Below the pieces are notes generated by a model. The model saw nothing but the letters and a program-made list of their open reading frames with translations, searched no databases and was not told where the DNA came from. Both the position numbers and the translations under genes were made by a program. This document shows positions 62,472 to 64,000 of a DNA stretch of 64,000 nt, piece after piece. Where the stretch lies: contig DATLZQ010000004.1 of NCBI GenBank assembly GCA_035573915.1, positions 6,387-70,386 of the forward strand, given 5' to 3'. The DNA is from Actinomycetota bacterium. GTDB lineage: Bacteria; Actinomycetota; UBA4738. The stretch's first letter is position 1. Every line of letters begins with the position of its first letter.

Positions 62472-62928
62472 TGGGACCGACTCGTTCCGGGCCACGGGGA
62501 GCCGGGTCACGGTCAGCAAGCGGGAGGAGGACCCCTCCATGAAGAGCGGCAAGCTGGACGAAGAGCTGAGCAGGATGAGCGACATCGCTGACCAGATCGG
62601 GCCGACCTGCATCTTGCTGTGTAACGAGTCGTTCGCCTCGACGAACGAGAGGGAGGGCTCCGAGATCGCGCGGCAGGTGGTCCGGGCGCTAGTGGGAGCG
62701 GGCATCAGGGTCTTCCACGTCACCCACCTGTTCGACCTCGCCCACGGGTTCTACGTCCAGGGACTGGACGCGGCCCTTTTCCTTCGCGCCGAGAGGCGGC
62801 CCGACGGCCGGCGGACGTTCCGGGTCGTCGAGGGCGGGCCGCTGCCGACCAGTTACGGCGAAGACTCGTACCCGTGTATCTTCGGCACCGCCCCGGATGC
62901 CGCCGCAGTGGCAGACATGAGACCCTGA
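62464..62928 (+). pseudogene. MutS-family ATPase (domain V) C-terminal fragment
   Basis: ELSRMSDIADQIGPTCILLCNESFASTNEREGSEIARQVVRALVGAGIRVFHVTHLFDLA...TFRVVEGGPLPTSYGEDS fits the Walker-B to C-terminus region of MutS-like ATPases (DE replaced by NE). The Walker A and everything upstream are missing. The open frame begins right at the inverted-repeat element. Confidence 0.6.
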
Positions 62929-63019
62929 TGCTCCAGGGTCCCATGCGGGAGGGGACGGAAGCTCGAGGGTGGGGCGAAGACGACCCTCCAGCGATTGCAT
63001 CCCCCCAATTGAGGCAAGC

Positions 63020-64000
63020 ATGACGTCGGCCGTTCCCGAGCCCGTCGCGAGCTCTTCCAGCAGAGAACTCAGGCGGGAGGCGCTCCGCTTCGTCGTGGCC
63101 CTCGGGGTGCTCAGCCTGTTCGCGGACATGGTCTACGAGGGGGCCCGGAGCATCCTGGGCCCGTTCCTGGTCACCCTCGGCGCGAGTGCGGCCGCGGTCG
63201 GCCTGATCTCCGGCGTCGGGGAGTTCGTTGGGTACGCGCTCAGGGTCGGCGCCGGCTACGCCGCCGACAGGACCCGCCGCTACTGGGCCCTGACGATCGG
63301 GGGATACCTGCTCACCCTGGTGGCGGTGCCGCTGTTGGGCCTCGTCGGCCGGGTGGACCTAGCGTTTGCGCTCGTCATTGCGGAGCGACTGGGCAAGGCC
63401 ATCAGGACCCCCTCGCGGGACACGCTGCTCGCGCACGCCAGCCATGGGATGGGACGGGGAGTGGGGTTCGGCCTGCATGAGGCTCTTGACCAGATCGGAG
63501 CGGTCCTGTCTCCCCTGCTCCTGAGCGCCGTACTTGCCGCCAGGGTCGGCGACTATGGGCTCGCCTTCGGGGTGCTGGCCGTTCCGGGGCTCTTTGCCTT
63601 CGCAGCGATGATGTGGGCGCGGTTCAAGGTACCCGACCCCGCGCGATTCGAGCCGGCCGCGGGGGACGCTTCGCACCCCCACCCGTCCGACCCGTCTCCA
63701 CTGCGGTCCGAGACTCTGAGGCGCTACTTCGTCTTTGTGTTCGTGGCGACCCTCGGGTTTGCTCCTTTCCCGCTGATCGCCTTCCACTTAACGACCCGAG
63801 GGGTACTCTCCGACAGTCACATCCCCCTGCTGTTCGCCGCCGCCATGGCTATCGACGCTGCGATCGCCCTTGGCGTCGGGCGGCTCTACGATCGCAAGGG
63901 GCTGATCGTGCTCGTGTCGGCGCCCATGGCCACCTCCGCGACGCTCCTGCTCTTCACCGGCTCGGCCATCCTCGCGTGGATCGGGGCCGCCATTTGGGGT
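63020..64000 (+). CDS. MFS transporter (3' end outside window)
   Basis: Frame open from ATG 63020 to the window edge (my own translation). Polytopic, with the MFS loop motif GYAADRTRRYW and ERLGKAIRTPSRD. Not in the ORF track because it has no stop. Confidence 0.7.
   Translation, partial: MTSAVPEPVASSSSRELRREALRFVVALGVLSLFADMVYEGARSILGPFLVTLGASAAAVGLISGVGEFVGYALRVGAGYAADRTRRYWALTIGGYLLTLVAVPLLGLVGRVDLAFALVIAERLGKAIRTPSRDTLLAHASHGMGRGVGFGLHEALDQIGAVLSPLLLSAVLAARVGDYGLAFGVLAVPGLFAFAAMMWARFKVPDPARFEPAAGDASHPHPSDPSPLRSETLRRYFVFVFVATLGFAPFPLIAFHLTTRGVLSDSHIPLLFAAAMAIDAAIALGVGRLYDRKGLIVLVSAPMATSATLLLFTGSAILAWIGAAIWG

Overview
This is a very GC-rich (about 70% by eye) chromosomal segment with Actinomycetota-type synteny. 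All calls come from reading the supplied ORF translations and the DNA; no searches were run, so family names rest on motifs and start codons are often uncertain.

**Layout**
- **1-16.2 kb:** a same-strand catabolic cluster. It holds two Liv/amide-type ABC importers, an ornithine cyclodeaminase-family enzyme, an FAD oxidoreductase, a LacI regulator, an ACC-deaminase/D-cysteine-desulfhydrase-family PLP enzyme, a DapA-family enzyme, an LLM oxidoreductase, an amidohydrolase and an isochorismatase-like hydrolase. A convergent two-subunit aconitase X sits at its end.
- **16.2-55.3 kb:** housekeeping core. In order:
  - a class A PBP carrying a homopolymer frameshift, and tRNA-Leu(CAA)
  - polA-rpsA-coaE
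  - a HAD/DUF2203/ABC-2 exporter/cupredoxin operon
  - an oppositely oriented amino-acid ABC operon flanked by an IS110 remnant and an orphan antitoxin remnant
  - mscS, uvrB, an amidohydrolase and two tandem paralogous envelope proteins
  - a class V PLP enzyme, uvrA, a repeat/cupredoxin fusion protein and uvrC
  - rapZ-gap-pgk-tpiA, a peptide ABC importer, secG and tRNA-Leu(GAG)
- **55.3-64 kb:** directly after the second tRNA-Leu, the character changes to a decayed accessory island with visibly lower GC and T-tract terminators. It contains:
  - an IS256 transposase fragment and an enolase pseudogene with an inverted N-terminal scrap
  - a CPA2 antiporter fused to a Nudix domain
  - a zinc-ribbon/HEAT protein and a truncated histidine phosphatase
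  - a broken ORF coupled to a lone dynamin-like GTPase
  - a 290-bp nested inverted-repeat element, a MutS-like ATPase fragment and an MFS transporter

**Most interesting observations**
- The dynamin-like gene has a leader in which the Shine-Dalgarno sequence sits inside a terminator-like hairpin. One arm of that hairpin can instead pair with a distal 17-nt repeat.
- The antiporter-Nudix fusion.
- Recurrent TANNNT-N6-8-start (leaderless-type) architecture at uvrA, uvrB, uvrC, polA and coaE.
- The cupredoxin-linked ABC-2 exporter operon.
- The AcnX-containing cluster, which resembles hydroxyproline catabolism.

No CRISPR array or rRNA was seen. The many very long ORFs antisense to or overlapping the called genes are treated as high-GC artefacts.
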